A stretch of DNA of 64,000 nucleotides from an uncultured Eubacteriales bacterium. GTDB lineage: Bacteria > Bacillota > Clostridia > Oscillospirales > CAG-272. Positions 1 through 8,211 of this stretch are shown here, piece by piece; the stretch's first letter is position 1, and each line of letters opens with the position of its first letter. The notes beneath the pieces are model-generated. The model was not told the origin of the DNA, did not search any database, and worked only from the letters and a program-made list of their open reading frames with translations. The DNA lies in the NCBI GenBank assembly GCA_934394585.1, contig CAKRQU010000007.1:3343-67342 (forward strand), in the 5' to 3' direction. The position numbers and the translations under genes were made by a program.

Positions 1-1605
1 AGTTTCGTTTTCCGCGGCAAGGCGGGAACGGAAATAACCGTGAGATACTCCGATGTGCTCGGCGAAAACGGAGAAATAGACACGTCGGCGATAGGTTGCT
101 TTGTACGCAGCCACGGCTTTCAGACGGATAAATACATAAAGAAAAGCGACGAAGCCGAAAGCTGGCATCCGATATTTGTTTATCACGGATTTCAGTATGC
201 GGAAATCACCGGAATAGATTACGAGCCGGAGCTTTCCGATGTGAAGGCGCTGACGCTATGCACGGCTGTGGACGATATCGGGAGATTTTCCTGCTCGGAC
301 GAGCTTCTTAATAAAGTTCAGCATATGTGCCGCTGGTCTACGATATCGAATATGCATTCCATACCGACGGACTGCCCGCACAGAGAGAAAAACGGCTGGA
401 CAGGCGACGTGAGCCTTTCGAGCGAGCAGATGCTTACGAATTTCGGCACGCGCGCCTTCCTTTCCAAATGGAATGAAGATATGCTGGAATCTCAGCGCCC
501 CGCGGGTCAGATACCGTGCGTGGTGCCTTCCACGGGCTGGGGCTACTACGGTCTGGTGGGTCCCGATTGGTCGAGTGCGCTGATAAATGTTCCTTACAAT
601 ATCTATATATACAACGGCGACAGGGATATCCTCGCCAAAAGCTACGAGGCGATAAAGCGCAACTGCGATTTCATGGAGAGCATGACATCGGATCTCACGC
701 TTTCTTACGGTACGGGCGACTGGTGCCCGCCTTTTGAAGGTCCCGCAATATCGAAAAACATGGGCTCGTACAAATGCCCGACATGCGTTTCCGATACGGC
801 GTTTTTCTACAATGCGGCAAAAACCGTGGTGAAAATAGCGGATATACTCGGATACGGCGACGATGCGGCATACTACCGCGATCTCGCCGAGAGAATAAGA
901 AAGGTTTTCCGCGAGAAATTTTACGATGCGGAAACGCACATGGTAAAAGGCGATTGTCAGACATCGACCGCGGTGATGCTTTATTTCGGGCTTTGCACCG
1001 AGGAGGAAAGACGTCCGCTCGTGGATAAGCTTATCTCGCAGATAGAAAAATGCGATTGGCATCTCGATTTCGGCGTGCTGGGATGTAAATTTGTAATGCA
1101 TTCGCTCGGCGCGGCGGGCGAGGGCAATGTGGGTCACCGCATGCTCGCGCAGCGCACATTCCCCGGATGCCGCCGATGGATAGAGCTGGGCGCCACAACC
1201 CTCTGGGAATGCTGGAACGGCGGCGGTTCGCACAATCATCACATGTTTTCCGATCTTTCTTCATTCATGTATAAATATGTCGGCGGGATTTCTCCCGATG
1301 AAAACGACCCGGGATTCCGCCATACGATATTCCACCCCGCAGTGGACTGCGGCATGGAAAGCGCCGCCGCTTCGCATGAAAGCATGTACGGCGAAGTGAA
1401 ATGTTACTGGGCTAACCGCGACGGAAAGCTGACTGTGAATATCACCGTGCCTTTCGGCTGCAAGGGAACGCTTTTCCTGCCCGCAAAATATGCCGATACT
1501 ATATGCGAGAGCGGAAAGCCCGCAAAGGATTTCATTCCTTTCTCCGAGGATGACGGAAATGTGAAATTCGAGCTTTGCGGCGGAGAATACAGCTTTGTCG
1601 CATGA
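1..1605 (+). CDS. alpha-L-rhamnosidase (GH78), C-terminal part; 5' end outside window
   Basis: Frame 1 is open from nt 1 (track ORF 40..1605). The motif PTDCPHREKNGWTGD and the overall C-terminal region are typical of bacterial GH78 rhamnosidases. Confidence 0.8.
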   Translation, partial: SFVFRGKAGTEITVRYSDVLGENGEIDTSAIGCFVRSHGFQTDKYIKKSDEAESWHPIFVYHGFQYAEITGIDYEPELSDVKALTLCTAVDDIGRFSCSDELLNKVQHMCRWSTISNMHSIPTDCPHREKNGWTGDVSLSSEQMLTNFGTRAFLSKWNEDMLESQRPAGQIPCVVPSTGWGYYGLVGPDWSSALINVPYNIYIYNGDRDILAKSYEAIKRNCDFMESMTSDLTLSYGTGDWCPPFEGPAISKNMGSYKCPTCVSDTAFFYNAAKTVVKIADILGYGDDAAYYRDLAERIRKVFREKFYDAETHMVKGDCQTSTAVMLYFGLCTEEERRPLVDKLISQIEKCDWHLDFGVLGCKFVMHSLGAAGEGNVGHRMLAQRTFPGCRRWIELGATTLWECWNGGGSHNHHMFSDLSSFMYKYVGGISPDENDPGFRHTIFHPAVDCGMESAAASHESMYGEVKCYWANRDGKLTVNITVPFGCKGTLFLPAKYADTICESGKPAKDFIPFSEDDGNVKFELCGGEYSFVA

Positions 1606-1623
1606 CGACCGAAAGGAGAGCTT

Positions 1624-2748
1624 ATGGCAAAAATACTTCATATAGCGGATGTTCATCTCGATTCTCCGTTTTCACTGCTTGATGTGCAGAAATCGCAGGC
1701 GCGCAGAAATGAGCTTCGCGGAACATTCACTTCCGCCTTGATGTATGCGAAAATGGAAAAATTCGATATGGTCATCATAGCGGGCGATCTTTTCGATTCC
1801 GAATATGTGACAAAGGAAACGATGGATCTGATAGTTTCGCAATTTGCCGCAAATCCCGCATGCAAATTTGTGATAGCGCCGGGAAATCATGATTTTTACT
1901 CATCCGCATCGCCGTATTCCAAAACAAAATTTCCCGAAAACGTGTATATTTTCACTACCGATACGCTCACATGCTTCCGTTTTGACGATATCGGCACGGA
2001 TGTTTACGGTTATGCCTTCACGGGCGAGAAAATGGAAAAAAATCCTCTCGCATCCGCGGTATACGTCGATCGCGACAGGATAAATATCCTCGCCGCGCAT
2101 GCCGATATCTATGCCAGAACATATTGCCCCGCGGGAGTCGAGGATATAGCGCGCGGCTGCTACGACTATGCGGCGCTCGGTCATATTCATCAGGGCGGGC
2201 AGATAGAAAAAAAGGGGAATACCTACTATGCCTACAGCGGTTGCCTTGAAGGCGGTTCTTTCGGCGAATGCGGACCGAAAGGCGCGATTATATGCGAGGC
2301 TTCTTTTGAAGGCGGCAAAAAGCAGTTAAAATTCAAAACAAGGCGGTTTTCACTTCGCAGATACGAAAAGCTGGAGGTGGATATATCCGGCGCCGTTTCG
2401 CAGAAGGAAGCGACAGCATCGATAAGACGCGCCGTCACCGAAAACGGATTCGGAAACGATACGCTGCTGCGCGTGAAACTTTACGGCAATATTCCCGTGG
2501 ATGCGGATCTGCGCACCGACAGGATAACGGAAGAAGACATAGGCGTATATTATCTGGAAATAAAGGATTTTACGGCGCCTCTGCTCGATTACGAGGAGCT
2601 GAAAAACGATATATCCATACGCGGCGCATTTTTCCGCGAGCTGCTCCCGCAGCTGGAAAGCGAAGATGACGAGGTACGTGCGAGGGCTTCGAGAGCGCTC
2701 CGCTATGGGTTCGCAGCGCTTTCCGGAAACGATGTCGTGGATTTTTAA
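1624..2748 (+). CDS. metallophosphoesterase, SbcD/YhaO-like DNA repair exonuclease
   Basis: N-terminus ILHIADVHLDSPF plus GDLFD and GNHD motifs of calcineurin-like nucleases. GGAG RBS upstream. Confidence 0.8.
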   Translation: MAKILHIADVHLDSPFSLLDVQKSQARRNELRGTFTSALMYAKMEKFDMVIIAGDLFDSEYVTKETMDLIVSQFAANPACKFVIAPGNHDFYSSASPYSKTKFPENVYIFTTDTLTCFRFDDIGTDVYGYAFTGEKMEKNPLASAVYVDRDRINILAAHADIYARTYCPAGVEDIARGCYDYAALGHIHQGGQIEKKGNTYYAYSGCLEGGSFGECGPKGAIICEASFEGGKKQLKFKTRRFSLRRYEKLEVDISGAVSQKEATASIRRAVTENGFGNDTLLRVKLYGNIPVDADLRTDRITEEDIGVYYLEIKDFTAPLLDYEELKNDISIRGAFFRELLPQLESEDDEVRARASRALRYGFAALSGNDVVDF

Positions 2749-2775
2749 GAAAAAATTATTTAACGGAGGTTAATT

Positions 2776-3831
2776 ATGAATAATATCGAAAGAGTAAGAG
2801 CGCAGCTTTTTGACATAGCCGACGCGCTGATAGTGACAGATGAAAAAACGGAAACTTATCTCACGGGATTTCCCGCATCGGACAGCACTGTTTTCGTGAC
2901 GAGAAACAGCGCCGTGCTTTTCACAGACCCGAGATATATCGAGGCGGCTGAAAAAGAAGTTTGCGGATGCACGGCAAAGCTCCCCGAAATTTCCGTTTCC
3001 GCCGATATAAAAAAGATAATCGCGGATGAGGGTATAAAAACGGTCGCTTTTGAAGACAGAAAAATGACCGTTTCGGCTCTCGCGAGATTCGAGCGCATTT
3101 TCGAGGGCGTGAAATTCGTGCCCGCCGGCGGTCTTATAGAAGATCTCTGCGAATGCAAAACGGAAGAAGAGCTCGCCGCAATACGCGCGGCGCAGGATAT
3201 CACCGATAGAGCTTTTGCGGAGGTTCTCTCTGTCCTGAATTACAATATGACAGAGCAGGAAGTGGCTGCCGAAATAGAATACAGAATGAAGCGCCTCGGC
3301 GCGCAGGGACCGAGCTTTGAAACGATAGCCGTTTCGGGCACGCAGTCCAGCCGCCCGCACGGCGTACCGCGCAATGTAAAGCTGGAACGCGGATTTCTCA
3401 CGATGGATTTCGGATGCGTGCTGAACGGTTATTGCTCGGATATGACGCGCACCGTGGTGATAGGAAAAGCGGATGAAGAGATGAAAAAGGTTTACAATAC
3501 GGTGCTTCGCGCACAGCTCGCCGCAATAGATTTTGTAAACGAAGGTGTGCTTTGCTCCGATGCGGACAAGGTAGCCCGCGATATAATCGACGAAAATTAC
3601 AAAGGATATTTTTCTCATTCGCTCGGTCACGGCGTGGGCATGTATATTCACGAGGAGCCGCGCCTTTCGCCGAAATGCAATAAAATCCTGAAAGCAGGCA
3701 ATGTGGTGACTGTGGAACCCGGCATTTATATCCCCGGAAAATACGGTGTGAGAATAGAAGATATGATGGAAATAACGTCTTCCGGCGCAGTGGATATCAC
3801 AAAAAGTCCGAAAAATCTCATAGAAATATGA
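2776..3831 (+). CDS. Xaa-Pro aminopeptidase / M24B family peptidase
   Basis: Creatinase-like N domain plus M24 pita-bread motifs (DFGCVLNGYCSDMTRT, HSLGHGVGMYIHEEP, VTVEPGIY, RIED). GGAGG RBS. Confidence 0.88.
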   Translation: MNNIERVRAQLFDIADALIVTDEKTETYLTGFPASDSTVFVTRNSAVLFTDPRYIEAAEKEVCGCTAKLPEISVSADIKKIIADEGIKTVAFEDRKMTVSALARFERIFEGVKFVPAGGLIEDLCECKTEEELAAIRAAQDITDRAFAEVLSVLNYNMTEQEVAAEIEYRMKRLGAQGPSFETIAVSGTQSSRPHGVPRNVKLERGFLTMDFGCVLNGYCSDMTRTVVIGKADEEMKKVYNTVLRAQLAAIDFVNEGVLCSDADKVARDIIDENYKGYFSHSLGHGVGMYIHEEPRLSPKCNKILKAGNVVTVEPGIYIPGKYGVRIEDMMEITSSGAVDITKSPKNLIEI

Positions 3832-3870
3832 AAAATATGCGGTTATTAAGATAAAATTATTGAAAAAGAC

Positions 3871-3899
3871 TTGATATTTTCATATTTTTAAGGTACAAT
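3871..3899 (+). promoter_or_regulatory. sigma-A type promoter upstream of efp
   Basis: TTGATA (3871-3876), 17-bp spacer, TACAAT (3894-3899). Confidence 0.5.
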
Positions 3900-3953
3900 A
3901 TAGCGTAAAGAAAATTTTTAGTACAAGATATATCATTCGGAGGTAAACAAAAT

Positions 3954-4520
3954 ATGGTAATCGCAGGCGATTTTAAAAACGGTATTACGTTTGAAATGGA
4001 CGGGAACGTAATGCAGGTCATCGAGTTTCAGCATGTAAAGCCCGGCAAGGGTGCGGCTTTCGTCCGCACAAAGCTGAGAAACGTAATTTCCGGAGCTGTT
4101 GTGGAAAAGACATTCAGCCCCACGGATAAATTCCCGCCCGCTATAGTTGACAGAAGAGATATGCAGTATTCTTATAACGACGGCGATCTTTATTATTTCA
4201 TGGATATGGAATCCTACGATATGATACCCGTATCCAAAAATCTGCTTCCCGACAACTTCAAGTTTGTAAAGGAAGAAATGATGTGCAAAATCGTTTCCTA
4301 CAAGGGAAATGTATTCAGCGTAGAGCCGCCTATGTTCGTAGAGCTTCAGGTTACGGGCGTTGAACCCGGATTCAAGGGCGATACGGCTCAGGGCGCAAAG
4401 AAACCCGCCACACTCGAAACAGGCGCGACCATTCAGGTTCCTCTCTTTATCGAAAACGGCGAAATGCTTCGCATCGATACGAGAACAGGCGAATATCTCG
4501 AAAGAGTAAAAACAAAATAA
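3954..4520 (+). CDS. efp: translation elongation factor P
   Basis: The N-terminus [40 protein letters not shown] is a canonical EF-P sequence. 188 aa. Confidence 0.97.
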   Translation: MVIAGDFKNGITFEMDGNVMQVIEFQHVKPGKGAAFVRTKLRNVISGAVVEKTFSPTDKFPPAIVDRRDMQYSYNDGDLYYFMDMESYDMIPVSKNLLPDNFKFVKEEMMCKIVSYKGNVFSVEPPMFVELQVTGVEPGFKGDTAQGAKKPATLETGATIQVPLFIENGEMLRIDTRTGEYLERVKTK

Positions 4521-4552
4521 TTGCAGATAATACGAAAAAAGGAGTTTTTATC

Positions 4553-5050
4553 ATGACACTTACCGAAAAAGTTGCTTATATCAAAGGTCTTGTTGCCGCT
4601 CTCGAAACAGACAAAAACGATAAGGTTTTTGCCGCTGTTCTCGATCTTCTTTCCGATCTCGCGGCTACTGTTTCCGATCTGGACGACAAAACAGATTATC
4701 TCGAAAAATACATCGAAGAGGTAGACGAGGATCTCGGCGCTCTCGAAGATGAATTTTACGGCGACGAATGCGACGATTGCGAATGCAAGGACTGCGACGA
4801 AGAGGATTGCGACTGCCGTTGCGACGATTGCCTCGACGACGATGATTCCTGCGACTGCTGCGATGATGACTGCGTAGAGGTAGAATGCCCTTACTGCGGC
4901 GAAACAGTATGCCTCGACGATACAGTTGATTTCGACAATGTAAAATGCCCCGCATGCGGCGAAACTTTCAGCTGCGTATGCGATGATGATTGCGATTGCT
5001 GCGGAGACGATGACGAAGGTTGCGATTGCGGTTGCGGTCACGAGCACTGA
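4553..5050 (+). CDS. acidic Cys/Asp-rich zinc-ribbon protein (resembles the clostridial CD1247 N-terminal-domain family found next to efp)
   Basis: Helical acidic N-terminal ~70 aa, then ~25 Cys in the last ~97 aa. Includes a CPYC...CPAC ribbon and runs of CDC/CDD encoded by TGCGAC-like repeats. GGAG RBS. Confidence 0.75.
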   Translation: MTLTEKVAYIKGLVAALETDKNDKVFAAVLDLLSDLAATVSDLDDKTDYLEKYIEEVDEDLGALEDEFYGDECDDCECKDCDEEDCDCRCDDCLDDDDSCDCCDDDCVEVECPYCGETVCLDDTVDFDNVKCPACGETFSCVCDDDCDCCGDDDEGCDCGCGHEH

Positions 5051-5144
5051 GTTTTCAGAAAAATAAAATAAGCATTGGAGCCGTTCGCAAAAAAGAGCGG
5101 CTTCTTTGGCAATTTTAAAAAGAAATTCCTGAAAGGAAAAGGAT

Positions 5145-6362
5145 ATGAAAAATATCACGAGAATTTTCGCATTTATACTTGCGTTGACAATGATTTGTCT
5201 TGCGATAGCGGCTTGCGGAAAAAAGAAAGAAGAAGGGCATGCCGTCGCCGTAATCGACGGAGAAGTGATTTACGACAATGATCCCGAAATAGTGGATTAC
5301 ATGGTTTATTACATGGTGATAAACGAAATCAATATTCCCGAGGGCGACGAGCTGACTTACGAATATGTTACTGCGGCAAGTATCTGCACAGATACTGTTA
5401 TCTGGAATAAGATATATGAAAAAGAGCTTGCTTCCAGAGGCATAACATATAAAAAATCCGATCTGAAGGATGAAATCGAATCCGTAAAGGATGTTTTTTC
5501 CAATTACGAAGGCGGATATGAAAAATTCAGAAAAGATCTGGGTCTTTCCAAAGATTTCATTTACAATATGGCAAAATATGCGGCAATATCCGCTGATATC
5601 GCGAATATCCTGACAAAGGAATGCGAAATCACCGATGAGGAAGCCATAGAATATTTCAATCTGCATATAGAAGAATATTCCAGACCGAAGGGCATAATAT
5701 ACGATGCCATACTGCTGGAAGTTCTCGATTTGCAGGACGATGAAGAAGTAGCCGCCAAAAAGGCGGAAGCGCAGGAATGCATAGCAAGACTTTCGGGCGG
5801 TGAGGATTTTGACACCGTAAGAAAAGAAATAATGAAAAAATATGATTCCGACAAGTATGTTTATACTTCGTTCGTATCGGGCGAAGCCATTCTCAAGGAC
5901 GGCGACTATTATACAGTGACAGATCTCGCGGCAGAAAAGAAGCTTATCGATGAAACATACGAAAAAGAAGGCATAAAATACGACGCTAAAGCGGACGCAA
6001 AATCGGATGAATTTATCAATTATCAGCAGTATCTGAACAGCATGTACCGCGCAGAGCTGATGTATGCGCTGACCACAGCCACAAAGACGGGCGAGATATA
6101 TTCCGAACCGATATATTCTCCCGTGGGTTATGTCGTGGTGAAGCATGTGGGCTACAACGAAACCGTTGTATTCGGCAATTTCAACGATTCCAAGGATGAA
6201 ATAAAGAGCAAACTTTTCAATGAAAAGTTCAGCACCATTCTCGAAGATTTCCAGAATGACCTTATAAAGAAATATTCCGTAAAGTTCAATAAAATGGAGC
6301 TGGAATGGGAAACAAAGACCACGGAAACATCGGCTACCACAGCCACTACCGCCGGAAACTGA
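5145..6362 (+). CDS. lipoprotein, SurA/PrsA-like foldase-type (parvulin region degenerate)
   Basis: Lipobox signal peptide LAIAAC-GKK. VAVIDGEVI start typical of PrsA/SurA N-terminal domains. The antisense 420-aa ORF is a shadow. Confidence 0.7.
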   Translation: MKNITRIFAFILALTMICLAIAACGKKKEEGHAVAVIDGEVIYDNDPEIVDYMVYYMVINEINIPEGDELTYEYVTAASICTDTVIWNKIYEKELASRGITYKKSDLKDEIESVKDVFSNYEGGYEKFRKDLGLSKDFIYNMAKYAAISADIANILTKECEITDEEAIEYFNLHIEEYSRPKGIIYDAILLEVLDLQDDEEVAAKKAEAQECIARLSGGEDFDTVRKEIMKKYDSDKYVYTSFVSGEAILKDGDYYTVTDLAAEKKLIDETYEKEGIKYDAKADAKSDEFINYQQYLNSMYRAELMYALTTATKTGEIYSEPIYSPVGYVVVKHVGYNETVVFGNFNDSKDEIKSKLFNEKFSTILEDFQNDLIKKYSVKFNKMELEWETKTTETSATTATTAGN

Positions 6363-6391
6363 TAATATCTTGCGCATTTTTTAAAAGAAAA

Positions 6392-6434
6392 AGGCGGCAG
6401 GAGCAAAATGCTTTTGCCGCCTGTTTGATTATTT
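6392..6434 (+). terminator. intrinsic terminator after the lipoprotein gene
   Basis: 8-bp stem AGGCGGCA/TGCCGCCT followed by a T-rich tract. Confidence 0.55.
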
Positions 6435-6452
6435 TTAGCGGAGTTTTTAGAA

Positions 6453-7379
6453 ATGGTTAAATTAAGCAAAAAATTTCCGATAATCGCTGGCATTGCGGGC
6501 GTTTTGCTTTTCTTTATAGTGCAGATCGTTACGTCACTCGCGGTTTACGGAATAAAAAAGCCGGAGTATCTTTCCACGCTCATAATAGATCTCGCCTGCA
6601 CTGTGCTGGGAGTGGTGCTGATACTTGTCTGCGGGCTGGGCGATATTTTCAAAAATCATCGTGAAAGCTTTTTGCGCGGGCTCGGCACGGGCGGATTTTT
6701 TATATTTGTTTCGGCGTCGTCGCTTGTCATTCTGATAAGCAGCGCAGAAAGCCGAACGCCGCTTTCCTCTACGGAAATAGCGGTTTTCGTGCTTGCTATG
6801 GTGGCTATCGGTTTCGCGGAGGAACTTATTTTCCGCGGATTTGTTTCGGAAATAATATTCCGCAAATACGGAAATGATTTCTGCGGAGTGTGGTTTTCGA
6901 CGATTGTTTCGAGCCTGATTTTCGGCGCCGCGCATCTCGTGAATGCGTTTTCCTCGGATTTCGGCGGTGTCGTGATACAGTCGGCAGGCGCTTTTGCCAT
7001 GGGCTTGGGCTTTACGGCGGTTTATTACAGGACGCGTAACGTGTATGTCACGGCGGCGCTGCATGCGTTTATGGATTTTGCGGCGCTTTTTACCACGGGT
7101 GTATTCGGCGACGGAACTATTTCGACCACTGTTTCGTCTTATGACGCCTCAAAGCTGCTGGCAGTGCCGATATATGTGCTTGTCGCCGTCGTATTGCTGC
7201 GCAAACTGAAAATGGCGCGCATACTCGGCAAACCAGGAGATACGCCGCTGACGATGCTGGCAAAGCTTTCGTCTTCGGAAAAGTCGAAAAAGCGCCTGAA
7301 ATGGCTGCTCGTCGGCATTGCGCTCACGGCGATAGCCGTCTATGCTTTTTACATTATAAAAGCAGCGTTGAATTTCTGA
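6453..7379 (+). CDS. CPBP family intramembrane glutamic endopeptidase (CAAX protease-like)
   Basis: Multi-TM protein with the EELIFRGF motif, FGAAHL and a later HAFMDF motif. Confidence 0.85.
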   Translation: MVKLSKKFPIIAGIAGVLLFFIVQIVTSLAVYGIKKPEYLSTLIIDLACTVLGVVLILVCGLGDIFKNHRESFLRGLGTGGFFIFVSASSLVILISSAESRTPLSSTEIAVFVLAMVAIGFAEELIFRGFVSEIIFRKYGNDFCGVWFSTIVSSLIFGAAHLVNAFSSDFGGVVIQSAGAFAMGLGFTAVYYRTRNVYVTAALHAFMDFAALFTTGVFGDGTISTTVSSYDASKLLAVPIYVLVAVVLLRKLKMARILGKPGDTPLTMLAKLSSSEKSKKRLKWLLVGIALTAIAVYAFYIIKAALNF

Positions 7380-7395
7380 TATAGAAAAAAGAAGA

Positions 7396-7425
7396 AGCCA
7401 TCGGGTTTGCCCGACGGCTTTTTTC
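7396..7425 (+). terminator. intrinsic terminator of the CPBP gene
   Basis: GCCATCGGG-TTTG-CCCGACGGC stem-loop followed by TTTTTT. Confidence 0.8.
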
Positions 7426-7578
7426 TCTTGCCCAAAATGTTTCTTTTCCTTACGAAGGAAACGCGGGTGTACTTTTCTGTGAAGAAAAGTACCAAAAGAA
7501 ATGTTCCTCTTTGCCAAGAGGGGGCGGGCGACTGCGGTCGCCCGAGGTACGATCGCGCTTTTTACTGACAAAAAGCGC

Positions 7579-7998
7579 GGCAAAAGTCATCAAAGGAAGG
7601 CTCCTCGCCCTCCTTTGCAAACTACCTCGCACCCCGTCGAGTTAGCCGCGGAAAGCAATGCGCGGCAAGTATGTGCTATATATAGCAAATCTAAAAATCT
7701 CATGTCTATCTCTTATCACATCATCAGCCATACCGCGCGTGCGAACAAAGTATGCCGCAAAAAGCGAGCAGATTCGACGGGGTGGGTGGCTTCCGCCATG
7801 GCTTTTGATACGTTTCCCACTATAGTCAAAACTCCACCCATTGCGAGCATGACTTGATGGACATCAAGTTGGGGCGGCTAAAGCCAAAATCTGCACAGAC
7901 AAAAGTCCGTGTTAAGCGTGGATTTGAACTGCACTTCCGGTTTAGTCTATGGTTGGACTGTCGGGGCAGTATGTTCGCACGAGTCGCCGCGAGGCGAC
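7579..7998 (+). ncRNA. candidate structured ncRNA core, copy A (family unrecognised)
   Basis: Roughly 80-90% identical by eye to the cores at 13711-14131 and 60338-60757. Frame-breaking indels, conserved stems, terminal GTCGCC-GCGA-GGCGAC GNRA hairpin, long-range complementarities. Confidence 0.45.
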
Positions 7999-8165
7999 AA
8001 AGAAAGAGTTTAAAAGAGGAATTGACACATACGCGCAGCGTGTGTGTCGGCGTCGCCGAGACAGGAGTTAATTCTTTTCTCTTTTTGACTTTTGGTACTT
8101 TTCGTCAGTGAAAAGTACACCTTCGTCCCCTCGCGGGGGACAAAGTAACTTTTGTTTCTTTGCCC

Positions 8166-8199
8166 CAAAAAACGAACACGGGCGGCAAGTGCCGCCCGC
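8166..8199 (-). terminator. intrinsic terminator of the fused ABC gene (lies inside repeat copy A)
   Basis: On the - strand, GCGGGCGGCACTTGCCGCCCGT is followed by GTTCGTTTTTT. It is nearly the same hairpin as the surE terminator at 60888-60918. Confidence 0.75.
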
Positions 8200-8211
8200 T
8201 TCCTTTTCTTT

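Larger units (their letters stand above)
7450..8206 (+). repeat. composite non-coding repeat element, copy A (hairpin modules + 420-nt core + hairpin modules); ends approximate
   Basis: Homologous to 13641-14442 (+) and 60184-60925 (-). The ends carry an inverted GGTGTACTTTTC-N6-GAAAAGTACC hairpin (7466-7493 and 8093-8122). No credible ORF. Confidence 0.85.

Noticed and set aside
7771-7790. tmRNA-like GATTCGACGGGG, and a T-loop-like TTCAAAT hairpin on the opposite strand (7913-7935).
   Set aside because: The two cues lie on opposite strands. There is no acceptor stem or CCA end, no tag-peptide ORF, and three copies are present. This is inconsistent with ssrA.
7501-7857. ORFs inside the repeat element (7501..7857, 13645..13941, 60587..60976 and antisense partners), which share peptide stretches such as KKRGKSHQRKAPRPPLQTTSHPVELAA.
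   Set aside because: The shared peptide only reflects nucleotide identity. The frames diverge after non-3n indels, the starts and lengths differ between copies, and there is no RBS. Substitutions show no third-position bias that I could see.
7849-7880. Hammerhead-like string CTTGATGA..ATCGAAAC in copies B and C.
   Set aside because: There is an extra U relative to CUGAUGA, no room for a stem II between the boxes, and copy A lacks the GAAAC. It is not a hammerhead core.
7738-7998. ORF-less group II intron. The cues were GTGCG at 7739, the terminal GNRA hairpin as a possible domain V, and insertion next to terminators as in class C introns.
   Set aside because: The GNRA hairpin is only 6 bp. 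Its flanks do not form the lower helix or the 2-nt bulge of domain V. There is no AGC/CGC triad context, no domain VI bulged A, and GTGCG is internal rather than at an element boundary.
8021-8049. TTGACA at 8021 as a promoter inside the element.
   Set aside because: No acceptable -10 lies 16-18 bp downstream. The hexamer is part of the 10-bp hairpin GACACATACG/CGTGTGTGTC.
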